From: Nemertoderma westbladi
Lineage: Eukaryota > Animalia > Xenacoelomorpha
DNA: 62,587 nucleotides
Direction of reading: 5' to 3'
Assembly: GCA_032718475.1 (NCBI GenBank)
Contig: JAUCBJ010002408.1
Coordinates: forward strand, 1-62,587
The translations under genes were made by a program, and so were the position numbers. The notes under the pieces are model-generated. The model did not search any database. It was given only the letters and a program-made list of their open reading frames with translations, and was not told the origin of the DNA. Shown here in pieces: positions 37,561-51,329 of this stretch (position 1 is its first letter; the number at the start of each line of letters is the position of its first letter).

Positions 37561-38379
37561 ACAACAAATTTGGCGGAAAATTCAAATCTCTAGATACAGA
37601 TGAAACCAAAGCATTTTTAATCAATTATTTGATTTAATTAAACTACTTTTACCCGGCAAAACGTGTCCAATTTCAAAGCGAAATTTCACAACTATACTGT
37701 TGCATAATTGTGTAGAGATGAGGACACTAAACGTTGCCTCAAATTCCCTCTTAAATTGTTATATCTACAAAAAAATTATCGAAAAATAATTGGGTTGTTT
37801 CCAATGATGTCGAAAATCAAGTAATCACATTAAAGCACGGGTTGACAAACTCATTCCGAGAATTATATTTTACGCAATTAAAGCAGTTCACAACATTAAA
37901 GTCTTCATCTCATATGGCCTAACCTGAAACCAAAAGATTTCAACAATGGATTTATTTTCAAACAAAATTAAAGCTTTCTGTAATACGGTTATTTAAGCGA
38001 GCAAGCAAGTAATTATTCTCTATACATTGATCATATCAATCATGATCTACATGAAATATCAAGAAAAATGATTAAATTCCAAGCGCGTTTTGTAATTCCC
38101 CCGACATGTCTGTTGGAGTTGGACTTGACATAAAGCAGCTATAAATCCAGACAGGTGGTGACTCGAATTTTCGTTATTGCATTGAATTGTGTCCATTGCA
38201 TCAATTATCCTTTTTTAGTTGAATAGTTTTTCCATTGTTTTCCCAGCACAAATTTGGTTCAAAATATACAAAAAGTAAAAAAATAATAAAAAAAAACATT
38301 TTAATTCAATTTTCGGTATTGTATCAAATATGCTACAGCATTTGAATAGCCTTTCCTAAATTTAAAAATAAACGGCGAC

Positions 38380-41300
38380 CTACTGTGAAGACGCTTGTAG
38401 GAGTTGCGACCACAAGCGGTTTACTCCCGCAACTGAAACATATGAGTATGAGAACCCTCCACCTCCAGGAGAAATACCGGCTCGGTCGTCGCCCGGATCA
38501 ACAAGGACCGCGTCCCTCAGTGGTACACCAGGCTGGGGTCGATAAATTGGCTACTGGAACAGAAGACAGAGAAGAAAGAAGAACCAACCTGTTGAAATGT
38601 AAAACGACACTAAAGATTGCTACAATGAACGCACGCACGCTGAAAGCACTTACCAAACAGGGTGACATGGTCGCTCTGGCAATGGAATATAACATCGACA
38701 TCATCTGCATCCAAGAACATCGGATTTGTCATGAAGACACTGCCATGAAGTACAATGACATTGGAAAGGGATGGACGTTAGTAACAAGCTCAGCAGTAAG
38801 AAACTCGGCCAATGCATCAATTGGTGGAGTAGGAATTCTGCTAAGCCCATTTGCACTTAAGACCCTAAACAACATCGAATCTATAAATTCCAGGGTTATG
38901 ATCGCAACATTTGATGGGAATCCCAAGGCAACAGTTATATGCTGCTACAGTCCAACCAATGCTTCAGAGCCAGAACAATCAGTCAAGTTTTATGAAGTTC
39001 TGACTGGACTTATAAAGGACATTCCGAAACACAATGTTAAAGTCATTGCTGGTGACCTGAATGCGCAAATTGGCTCAGAAGACATCAAGGGTTACACCAG
39101 TTCTAACAGAAATTGGTACTTACGTTTAGACCTAATGGAAGAATGTGAATTGATACCAACAAACAACACATTCGAAAAGGGTAAGGGGAAGCTATGGACC
39201 TTCCAATACCCTAATGGAACCAAAAGCACAACTGGATTACATCCTTATAAACAAAAAGTGGAGAAACAGCATGATCAACTGCGAGGCATACAGCTCGTTC
39301 AACCTAATTGGTTCGGACCAGATAATTGTGACTGCAGAGATCAGACTCAGTTTGAGAGCCAGCAAACCCAGGACAAGCAAGCAAATCAACTATGACTGGG
39401 GGAAACTCAGAACTGACAATGCTGTAAAGGATGCTTATACAGTAGAAGTTCAAAACCGCTTTGAAGCACTTCAGTCAATGGATGAAGACGAATCCACCGA
39501 TTCAATATACCAGAATATAATAACAGCCCACAAGGAATCAGCTAAGAGGCATATCCCCCAAAAACCCAAACGAAAACAGTATGTGCCATGGCAAAACTCT
39601 GAGGTTACTTGTAAGAGAGAAGATCTTAAGATAGCCTACAAAGTTAAAACCGAACAACCAACAACCGAAAACATTAACAAGGTTGAGAAAGCTAAGGACG
39701 ATCTTAAATTGGCCTACAACATCAGCCAGGAAAAGTACATACAGGATAAAATTGAAGCAATTACAACTGCTCACATACAGCAACAATCAAGACTTACCTG
39801 GCAAACTGTAAATGAGGTATCTGGTCGGAAAAGTTATGCAGAGGGGCGCCTCAAAGCCGATAGTCCTGAAGAACGTGTTGGGAAGTGGAAAAATCACTTC
39901 AGCAAATTGCTTGGGCAGCCACCAAACATCGAGGTCAGCCCTACAAGGAAAATATATGACAAGACACTACCTATAGAAACAGGGGACTTCACACCTGCCG
40001 AACTCCAAAGACGCATTAAAAGCATGTCCAATAATAAAGCGAGTGGATTATATGAAATCCCAGCGGAGGTATGGAAAACAGGAGTGCTAAACAGACCATT
40101 ATTGAATGTTTGCAACCGGATGTTAAAAGGGGAAAAGCCACCACCAATTTGGACTAAAGCCTCTCCCCAAGAAAGGAGACCTCGGCATACCAACAAACTA
40201 TCGTGGGATCTGTCTGCTTGTAGTAGCTGCCAAAATATACAATAAAGTGATTCTATATAGGATTAGGCCTCACATAGAGAAACTACTGCGTAAGAGCCAA
40301 AACGGATTTCGACCAAGTAGATCAACAATAGCTCAGATACTTGCACTACGGAGACTGATTGAAGGAATTAAGTCAAAGAATCCCCCGCAGTCATGACAAA
40401 ATTGTGCTAGGATTGAACTTTCGAATATCAGCTTTGATTTCGCTAAGATTATGGCGGGACTTAGTCACTTTTGAGAAAACACCAACTTGTCCAATTAAGG
40501 TAAAGTACGGATTCGTACGAAAGGGTTTTTTTTATTTTATGATTTCAATTCTAAAATTTAGCGAATTGTGCGCAGGCACGGTGTTGAGTTGATGTTTAGG
40601 ATAAAGCTGTATTATTAAGCTTAAAAAAAATATAAATATCAGACGAATTGCTACATTGCTAATTTTTTTACATTGTGGTGTGTGTGGTAAAGTATGGGAC
40701 ATTGCTAGGTAAAGTACGGGACCTGTACGAATTTTATGGTCGAAATGGTCTCTTACACTTAACCTAACAGTAATTTCTGGATAATTAGTGATAATAAAGT
40801 ACAACTAAGTATTTCCAACCAAGATATGGATGCAAAATGTGGGGCGACTCACAAATTGACCCGAAGTCTTAGCATATGGGCCCCATTGAAGAGTTCTATG
40901 TTATCTGTCATCTGTCTCATTTTTGATCGCTAATACTGTATAACTCGGTCATTTATAGATGAAATTAAACCAAACCTGGTACGTATGAAGTCTGTCAAAA
41001 GTTTGGAAAGAATCTGAGGTTTAAGGAATCAAAGGTCACATATCAGACAGTCTGTATGTTGGTACCGATAGTTTCAAAATTTTGATAAAACCGAAATAAG
41101 TCCACCAATCATTGATGAAACATAACCAAACTTGGTACACATGTAGTCTGTGAAAAGTTTAGAAATTCTTTCAATTTTTCTGAAAATGTATCAATTACTG
41201 TACTTAACCGATCTTATTATCTGCTAAAAAACTAAATTTTTTTGAAATTTGTTGTAAAGTACGGGACTTTACATGCATAAACTCAAAGATTAGTTAATGA

Positions 41301-43300
41301 TTCTTAGTTCAAATGCATACTTCTATGCTTCCCCCTACTACAGTACATATCACCCTAAACCATTATAACACTCCTGCCCTCCAGGTTTCATATACAGTAT
41401 TACAGTACATTAATACAGTGCACTATTGTAATTGCCATTATGGTAAAGTATTGGACAATTTTCAATTGGCCGTTATGATGTTTCTGAGGGAGTAGATTAT
41501 GAAACTAATTGTTTCTTAAGATGACGCAACACAAACGTGCTTTGCATTCCACTGGGTGATTGGGCTGAGTTATGTAGACTACTTATCTGTGTATAAATTA
41601 AAAATTTCACTATTTTTTGGTATAGTATGGGACTTTACATGCATAAACCCAAAGATTTCTTGACTGAGGATTAATTTTCAGTTAAAATATAGACTCATAT
41701 TCTTACGGCCGACTATGACCTTAGAGTATTATAACACTCCTGGCTTCACATATTACATTAATACAGTGCACTATTATAATCGCCATTTTAATGGTAAAGT
41801 ATGGGACAATTTTCAATTGGCCGCCATGATATTTCTGAGGGAGTGAAAATGAAACTAATTGTTTTATACGATGACGCAACACAAACGTGCTTTCATTCCA
41901 CTGGGTGATTTAGGCTGAGTTACATCTCTGTGAATAAACTAAATATTTCACTATTTTAAGTAAAGTATGGGACATCACATGGATTAACTTTATCGATTTC
42001 ATTACGGAGGAATGAAACACTGGTGAAATGAAATGAAACCAAAAAAATTCGAAAATGGGTTTGTTTTTGATTTGGTACATGCTCAGAAATATTAATTTAT
42101 TGCTCATAGGAAGTGCCTACAGGAAACGAAACTTTTGCACAATTTTATTCACATTTTGTGCAGGAATTCATGAAGTGCGATAAATTTTGACCTAAAATAA
42201 GTATAAATTCAAAGCTACATCTCATTTTTCGAAATTAGTGGGGAGGTTGACCTTTTCATGGAATGAGCCTAAAATGCTTGAAATCCTAAGAGCTTATGGA
42301 ATACCAGAATTAATTGTTGCTGGCATTGGATTGTTATATTGTGACACAGAAGCGCAGGTACTCTCACCAGATGGGGAAACTGAGTTTTTCTCAATCCTGG
42401 CTGGCGTACTGCAAGGTGACACATTAGCACCATTACTATTTGTAATTGTGCTGGATTACGCAATGAGGACGGCCACAAAGGGAGAAGATCTGGGATTCAT
42501 ACTACAAGAACGCAGAAGTAGTAGATATCCGGCAACTACAGTCACAGACACCGACTTTGCGGATGACATAGCCCTGCTCTCTAATACGCTAGCAGATGCA
42601 CAGCTTCTACTAAATAAAGTGGAGAGGGCTGCTAAGGAGGTTGGATTGCATATAAATGCTACCAAGACCGAATTCATGACCTTTAATGTTGATGGAAACT
42701 TGACAACCATTGATAATAATCAACTAAGGAAGGTCGACGAATTCCAGTACCATGGATCATGGATAGAGAGAAGCAAAAAGGACATAGAAGTTAGGAAAGC
42801 AAAGGCTTGGGTAGCTCTATCAAAAATGGATACCATCTGGAAATCAGATCTCTCCAGGCACCTGAAGACTAAGTTCTTTCGAGCCACAGTGGAAAGTGTA
42901 TTTTTATACGGGGGTGAGACCTGGACACTGACTAAATCATTTGAACAACGAATTGATGGTTGCTACACAAGACTACTAAGGGCAACCCTAAACATCAGCT
43001 GGAGACAACACATGACAAACGCCGAGCTTTATGGTACAATACCACCTGTATCAACCACCCTCCGTGAACGCAGATTAAGATTCAGTGGGCACTGTTGGCG
43101 AAGTAAAGACGAGGTCATACCAGATCTACTTTTCTGGCAACCAACTCGTGGAATTCGTAGTCGTGGACGACCGGCCATAACATATATAGATCAACTTGAA
43201 AGGGATACTGAACTTTGGAGAAACGAAATAGCGACAACTATGGAGAATCGGGAAGCCTGGAAGGATCTCATTTCCACTGTCCGAGTTCGCTCGACCTAGT
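38380..43300 (+). mobile_element. Near full-length RTE-clade LINE (APE endonuclease + RT), frameshifted and interrupted at about 40398-42270
   Basis: IATMNARTL, ICIQEHR, CYSPTN, GDLNAQIG, QLDYIL; [38 protein letters not shown]; ends with TAGTAG. Confidence 0.95.
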
Positions 43301-44392
43301 AGTTCCTAAATTTGTAGCAAATATTCCGTAAAGTATCCTATTGGAGGATGTGCTATCGGCATACTGCATTGGATAGGAGCACTATATATATAGTCATATA
43401 TATGAGGATGCTAGGCCGGCTGGTTAACAAAATTGCGCCGCCGCAACTCCCCATCCGAGACAGGGGGGAATCTGGACGCAAAACCCGCCTTGGCGAATTA
43501 TATCCCGCCTCAATGTTAAATTCTCAATTTAGGGAAAGGAGCAGGTTAAAGTGGAACGTTATATTAAGCAAAACAATAAACTAAACACAATAGAACAGGT
43601 TACAGTTATATTTTTTAGAGTAATCAACTGTTATTTGCGTCCAATTTCCCCAGGTAGAGGGATTAATTTTTATTGCGTCCAGTCCCCCCCCCCCCCCCCC
43701 CACCCACCCCCCCCCCCCTTCTTCCCCATCCCCCATAACTTGGGTGTGTTTTTCCGCAACTAAGTTCAGCGTCCTTTTTAAGAGGCGTCTCAACTCATCG
43801 ACTATACGCCATGCTTATTCTCTCAATGATTCGCTCAATCACAAGACGTGCTCTAACTGTCCTCACGGACAGTTAAGATGTCCTGCTATGATGAGTTGGC
43901 TCTGTTCTAGTGTCAAGCTTGGGTGGACCAATGAGACACTTCCAATGTTACATAGTGTCTGGTTGAGATGTGTGCAATGTACTAGGCATAATAAACCAAG
44001 TGAACTATTCTTGTTGAGCAGTTAGAGCCCGGCGTGTTGTACACAAAAGTGGAAAATATTGATGGAGTTCCACCATTTTAGCTGATTCTGATAATCGAAT
44101 TCACATACAGTTGTACCACATGTGCTACAATTACATTTTGGCATCTAACGAGTGCAAAATATAAATTTATTTTAAAATTTTTAAAAGAAAAATAAAAGAA
44201 AAATATGAATGCCATTCGGTGCTATAACAACCCTGCAACATTTTTATTTGGAAAAAAATTCATAATAATATAGCATTTTTTGCTTATCAATCACGTTAAA
44301 TTTTTCTGTAAATGAATTAAATTGTTGGAATTATCTAAAACATTGATTCTATTAGTGTACACTAGGTGGCATCGCTTTATATTGTTGTATTA

Positions 44393-45566
44393 CACCATGA
44401 CCCGTAATATAGTGGGTAGGTACTAAAATGCACAACATGCAACAATGAGCAACAACGAGCAACAATGAGCAACAACGAGCAACAATGAGCAACAACGAGC
44501 AACAACATAGATACTCCCTATGGGGTGTTGACAGAATTTTGATTGAGTGAATTCTACGATTATGATCGGTCAATCTAAAATTAATTTCACTGTCCGATAA
44601 TTGTTGCTGGTTGTTGCTCATTGTTGCTCCATTGTTGCTCGTTGTTGCTCATGGTTGCTCGTTGTTGCTCATTGTTGCTCAGTGTTGCTCGCTGTTGCTC
44701 ATTGTTGCTCGTTGTTGCTCATCGTTGGTCATTGTTGCTCGTTGTGCATTTTAGCACCTACCTAGTGGGTTCAACTCACCGTGGTTGTTACCATGAAGCC
44801 GGAATTTTCGATTTCGCCTTTAAATTTTTTCTATAAGCGTTTTAAAAAAGTGTCTTTGCGAAATCGCACCATCCGTATCGTGGCCATTCTTCACATTAGT
44901 CGTAATTTTTCATATCAATAGAAAGCTTGCGTTGCAAGGATTCCAAATATGTAACAATATCTGAATTTCGTTGAGAAACAGCTGAGAAATAGGCGTTCAA
45001 AGATTGCAAGAATTATTGTTCGCTGCAGGCCATTTATTCTATTTAATAAATACACAAAATTCTAGAACGTGTTATTTATTTTATGAGTTGGTAGGCAACA
45101 GCGGTATGCCTATACAATATCTATATTGCATAGCTAATCATACATAAACAAATTGTTCCAGAATATTGTGTATTTATTAAATAGAATAAATGGCCTGCAG
45201 CGAACAATAATTCTTGCAATCTTTGAACGCCTATTTCTCAGCTGTTTCTCAACGAAATTCAGATATTGTTACATATTTGGAATCCTTGCAACGCAAGCTT
45301 TCTATTGATATGAAAATATTACGACTAATGTGAAGAATGGCAATGATACGGATGGTGCGATTTCGCAAAAGACACTTTTTTAAAACGCTTATAAAAAAAT
45401 TTAAAGGCGAAATCGAAAATTCCGGCTTCATGGTAACAACCACGGTGAGTTGAACTAGTTGTGTTTCAAATTTCAAGCAATATGATAAAGATTTGTAGAA
45501 AAATTTGGGGGGGGGGGGGGGGGGTCCGTGTCATCAGAAAATGACACTATATTACGGGTCATGGTG
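44393..45566. mobile_element. Non-autonomous TIR element with nested inverted repeats
   Basis: TA|CACCATGACCCGTAATATAGTG ... CACTATATTACGGGTCATGGTG|TA; internal GCAACAATGA repeats in both orientations and a long palindrome at about 44770-45455. Confidence 0.85.
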
Positions 45567-47534
45567 TATTGTATATGTATATATGCAACAACATTTTTGA
45601 GGATAATTGTTTGGTTTCTTACAAAAGTGGGAATAATTTATGACAAGAAAAGTAATTGTAGCATTGTAATTGTATGTAAATGAAAATAAAAAATGTAATG
45701 TATGTAATGTGCCCCTTTACGTACTCGCAGCGCCAATGTTGTTGTATTACGTAATAAAGATAATGTCCATCTAGCACATTCACTATTATATTCGATGATA
45801 AAACATTATAAAAATTATTCTAAACTATACTTCAATATATATTTGAATCACACAGAAGTTAGTTAGTTTCATTGATTGGTTACTAGTAACTATAATTCAC
45901 ATGCGACATCAAGCGGTTAATGTAAGAACTATTTACATGACAAGGTCTAACATTAGCATTATTATGTTAAGTTTAACGTTATAGAGGGTTAACGGCTTTC
46001 ATCACCGTATCTGCGCCTCTACACACTTCCACTTGTCGACACAGAGTTGCATATGTAATCTTTGTGACACCCCCACCAGCACCAGTGAACTATATCACCT
46101 AATACATCTAATTCTTTCAGTGGGCTACTACTTTACAGTATCTAATAAAATAATTAATATTTCTCGTGGATTAACTTTTTATCATACCTTATTTAAAGGG
46201 ATGGGGGGGGGGGGGGGGGGGTTGGGATACTCGGTATGTTGGCATATTTTACTTTTAGAATGGAAGATTGAAACTAATTAAAATTTTTTGTCTGTGTAAT
46301 AATTATGCCAGTGAACATAATTTGTAAACAAACAAATTATTAATTGAAATTAATTAACGACTTAAAACTGAAAATAAAAAAAACACCAAATGGCAGCACT
46401 AGAAATTGATATTTTTTCGCATTTTTAATAAACAATCCGATAAAAGTAGTAAAATAAGACTGTAAGACTGTGTTTGCAATAAACGGGAATAAATTACAGC
46501 AGAAACGGTTCATAAATACGGGGAGCGGGGCAATGATTTTTTTTGTGCAAAATTTACATTTTAAGAAAAACGCAGTTAAAGTTTGAACTGATCCGCGCAA
46601 AAACTCTTTGTCAATATGTAAGAATATCTGTCAATATATATCTAGCAACAAGAAAGCACAAAACCATGCTAAGATTTTTGCTGTGGGGATTGTCGCTGAT
46701 TTCATTTATGGGGTCGGATTTCACTTTTAATGAAATTTAGTTTGTCTGTATGACGGTATGTATGTCTGTCGGTGTAACTTACTGTCCGACAATCTGTCAG
46801 TCAAATATAAGAGAAGGCAAGATAAAGATAATCTAGATAAGGCCATCTAGATAAAAGTTTAGCTATAGGGGTTTTCCTGATTTTCCTTACAGAATTCATT
46901 TGGAGTGTCAGTTTTAAATTGTGATGACTTCCCAATTGTTAGGCTGTCAGACGACGAGGCCAAATTTGAATAGTAACATCGGAAACGAAGTCACCGACCT
47001 AGAAAACCCATATAGGGATTTTTTAGATGGATAGTAAGCATTATATTGTTTTGGTGACATTCTGATAGACAAACCGACAGTCAAACGAACAGACAAACTT
47101 TTCTCGAAAATGAAAAGAGATATTGCTAAACGGTTTTCAACGTGAAATCTTGATAAAAATCTTCTCTAGATAAAATAGAAAAAAAATTGAAGTTTTCTAA
47201 AATTTACCCCTTTTTTACTTTAGGCCTATAGTTTGACAAACATAACATGCCCATTTTTCTATTATTCCCCGTCTTAAAATGTAAAAATACTTAACTTCAA
47301 GATCCTACTAGTAAACTTAATGGATACGATATACTCTTACTGTATTTTTATGACTATCTTAGGGGTTCCATAAAATGCTGATTGCAGGATTGTATGCAGA
47401 CGATATCCGAGATTTTCCACCACAACTGCTGGACCACGCAATAATGGCTGGACTGTGTTACACTGGACTTAATGTGGTGGACGGTTGTTGGCATACCCAC
47501 CATATTACATATAGTAAAGTACACGTACACGATT

Positions 47535-47694
47535 ACCGAAATAAGTCGGTCAATCACAGATAAAATTAATAAAACTTGGTGCGTATGGAGTCTTGTGCTG
47601 CGCGAAGGAAGGCCCCACGCCTTCGCGCAGCACAAGACTCCATACGCACCAAGTTTTATTGAATTTTATCTGTGATTGACCGACTTATTTCGGT
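47535..47694. repeat. Near-perfect hairpin with ~74-bp arms and ~11-nt loop
   Basis: ACCGAAATAAGTCGGTCAATC...GCGCGAAGG mirrored by CCTTCGCGC...GACCGACTTATTTCGGT. Confidence 0.93.
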
Positions 47695-48160
47695 TTTTAT
47701 CTATAGACTGAAACTAACCGACTGACGCACAGTCTCATTTTCGACCGAACTTCAGATTTTTTCTAAACTTTGACGAGCTGCATACGTACCAAGTTTGATT
47801 TAATTTCAACAATGATTCTTTGCTTTCAAGAATTAATTGTTAAAAAAAAACGTGCAAAATAATTATTACCGCGTGTAGGATTCGAATCTACGCGGGAAGT
47901 TCTCATTGGAATTCTAATCGGCCTTAATGTAATCTACAGAAGGAGTGACTACTGTCCGTGCCTGTCTATTATCCTATAGATCTCTTACTATAACGGTGGA
48001 ACTTTTATATTTTTTAATGCAACTGCAGATCGATTATAATAATATCTCCGTTTATCAGCAGTGTTTAAGCGGTTTCTATCAGCAATGTCTGCATCTTTTT
48101 GCCACTCGCTACAATAGGATCGTCAATGAGTCATCGTAAGGGATGACCGAATACGAAATG

Positions 48161-51100
48161 TTACGCTAGGGATAATTTATCTTCATTTGGAGTATTTCGT
48201 AATTCTAGCAGACCGGCTAGAAAATCATCTGAATTTATATTGCCGCCAGTTTTAGCCAACAAATATTTTATCTTTTTCACATTCACCTCTGCGTGTCCAT
48301 TACTTTTTGGATATCCTGGGGTTGATGGTTGCCACTTGACTCCCCATTCCCTAAAAAATTGCTGTGTTTCTTCAGCTGCGAATTGAGACCCATTGTCTGA
48401 TGAAAAGATGTTAGGGACTCCCAACATTGCGAAATATTGTCTCAATACCTTTATATTATCAGATGCTGTAGGTGCATTCTTAAACTTATCAACAAGGGGG
48501 TATCCCGAAGTGCGATCAACATATACTATATAGTATGCTCCACCATACTGAAAAAAATCTGCTGACACAGATTGAAAAAGTCGAGCCGGAATGATGTGTT
48601 GCAACATTGGTTCAGTTGGAAGGGATGGGCGGAAATGTTGACATTCTAAACAAGTTTCAACAGAATTTGTGATATCAGAATTAAATACAGGCCAATAAAC
48701 GGACTGACGTGCCCGTCTCTTAGTTCTTTCTATACCCTGGTGACAATGAGTCAATTTATCTAGAGAAATATCTGGAATATCACCATTTATGGCTGCCTCA
48801 TTAACTGGATTTAAAAATATAGCAGACTGTTGCCCATAAGGGTCACCCTTTCGCGTGTGCGTGTGCATTCCTAAAAAATTGCTAAAGCTGTCTATGTGAG
48901 TGTTTACCTCTGTGTGTGAGTGTATAGCTCTGTGTGTGAGTGTTTACCTCTGTGTGTGAGTGTATACCTCTGTGTGTGAGTGTATACCTCTGTGTGTGAG
49001 TGTATACCTCTGTGTGTGAGTGTATAGGCCCATAAGGGTCACCCTTTACGTGCGTGCACACAAATGACATTTGATTATTGGAGGGTAATTTAAATATCTT
49101 GTTTTTACCTACTACTGAATTAACTGTACCGGTACCTACTGCAGTACTGACTTATTGGATATTACTGTATTACACTAATACTATTACACTAATACAGACT
49201 AATACTGCAGTACCTGAGTCCTGTATGGAATCCAATAGGTCAGTCTGTCAGTAGGTATTAGTACTGCAGTAGGTACGGTACAGTTAATTCAGTATCAGTA
49301 CAGCAATACGAAGGCCCTGGTAGTAGGTAAAAACAAGATAGGCCTATTTAAATTACCCTCCAATAATCAAATTTCATTTGTTTGCACGCACGTAAAGGGT
49401 GACCCTTATGGGCCTATACACTCACACACAGAGGTATACACTCACACACAGAGGTATACACTCACACACAGAGGTATACACTCACACACAGAGCTATACA
49501 CTCACACACAGAGGTATACACTCACACACAGAGGTATACACTCACACACAGAGGTAAACACTCACACAGACAGCTTTAGCCATTTTTTAGGAAAGAACAC
49601 GCACACGCGAAAGGGTGACCCTTTTGGGCCTATACACTCACACACAGAGGTAAACACTCACACACAGAGCTATACACTCACACACAGAGGTAAACACTCA
49701 CATAGACAGCTTTAGCAATTTTTTAGGAATGCACACGCACACGCGAAAGGGTGACCCTTATGGGCTTCCGTAGGATCTGAAATCGGGGCTCTTGATAAAG
49801 CATCTGGTATTAAATGTTTCATTAAATTAAAATTAAATTTTTCCTTTTTTCCATACAACATTGAAGTTATAACTGGACAATTTAGAACGGTAATTTAATA
49901 CCCTGGTATTCTCTATATCAATCAGACCATATCGGTTGAACATTGTTTCTAGGGGTTTGTGATCTGTTATTACAGTGATTGATTCTAATCCTGCTAAATA
50001 AACATGACATTTTCGAATCGACCATAAGATTGCCAAGGCTTCCAATTCAAATATAGCATCTGGTTTCAGCTTCTTTTAAAAATCTGCTTCCACACTGTAT
50101 AAGTTTCCAATATCCTAATTGTTTTTGCAATAAAACAAAACCAATGCCTTGTAAGCGAGAAACATCCGTTTGCAAACAGGTATCTGCATTCGGGTCAAAC
50201 ATTCCAAGAACAGGGGGTCTTAGTAATACAGAGCAGCTTTGACTTTTTTGAAAGACTGGTTATGTTCTGGTAACTATATGAATTCGTTTCGCGGACTTAA
50301 TAATCCACGAGGGGGACTAGCTGCAGATGCAACTTCCGAACTAAAAGAACCCATTTGGTTCACGAGACCTAGGAAGCTTCGGAGGTCAGTCCGAGTGGTA
50401 GGTATTGGAAAGTCTGAAATGGCATTCACTTTGTTAGGGTATGTTTCCTGCTGCTGATATGTTTCCATGTGATATTTTATACCCAACAAAATCAATCTCT
50501 TTGGATATAAGAATAGATTTATTTTGGTTTACAGTAAAATTCTAATATGCACATCATTATAGGACATCACAGACGATGCTCACAAGTTTTCTGATAGTTG
50601 GAGATCCCATAGCAATGTCATCTGTAACTTTCTGTACATTTAATCCTATGAAAGCCTGATCACCACGGTATGAACACATGTTGAATTTAATGCAGGGCAC
50701 TTATTCATTGTCTGATGACCACGTTGACCACACTGGCCACATCGATCAGTATTAATAAAATCTTTTTTCTTTATTTCCTTAATTCTAGGTTTAGTAAGTT
50801 TGCGGGATTTGTTATCACTTTGTTTTACATTCAATTTTCTCTTATTATATTCAGTTCTATTTATATTAATAGACGTATCAACACAATGACTTACCTTTCC
50901 TAAGCTTTTAGAAGCTATTCGTGAAGATTCTAATGTAATTATAAATTTTCGTGATGCATTGAATTCTAGTGGTGGATCCTGGTGATTAATTTTTCGTGGT
51001 CTTGATCGTTGGATATCACAAGTATTAATAATGCAGTATGCAACCTATCTGCTGTAACAGTTGATGTACTGGCATACTCTCCCAACTCGATTATTTTGTT

Positions 51101-51290
51101 ACACACAGAAGTATAACTTTGGCTTTCTTTCTGTCCTTTTGAAAGCAATGACCGCCATTCCAAATTTGCGTTACGGAGTGAACAAAGATATTCTTGAATA
51201 TGATTATGAATTTCTTCAATATCTAAATCAGTATAACGCACTCACCCTCAATTGCATCCATAGACTCAACAAAAATCAGAACACATTTCG
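48161..51290 (-). mobile_element. Decayed Ty3/Gypsy LTR retrotransposon (gag Zn-knuckle, RT, RNase H, integrase)
   Basis: CGQCGQRGH...C; LRSFLGLVN; EALAILW, TDHKPLE; HQGIERTKRRARQSVYWP, SADFF, SDNGSQF, SNGHAE. RT-RH-IN order; LTRs not identified. Confidence 0.92.
48832..49765. mobile_element. Palindromic foldback element with 20-bp subrepeats, inserted in the Gypsy pol
   Basis: TIR GCCCATAAGGGTCACCCTTTCGCGTGTG...; TT duplicated on both sides. Removing it restores ...DPTEQSAIF. Confidence 0.9.
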
Positions 51291-51329
51291 ATAACTTATT
51301 AGAAGTCAGCAATGGTCACCTGGATACTG

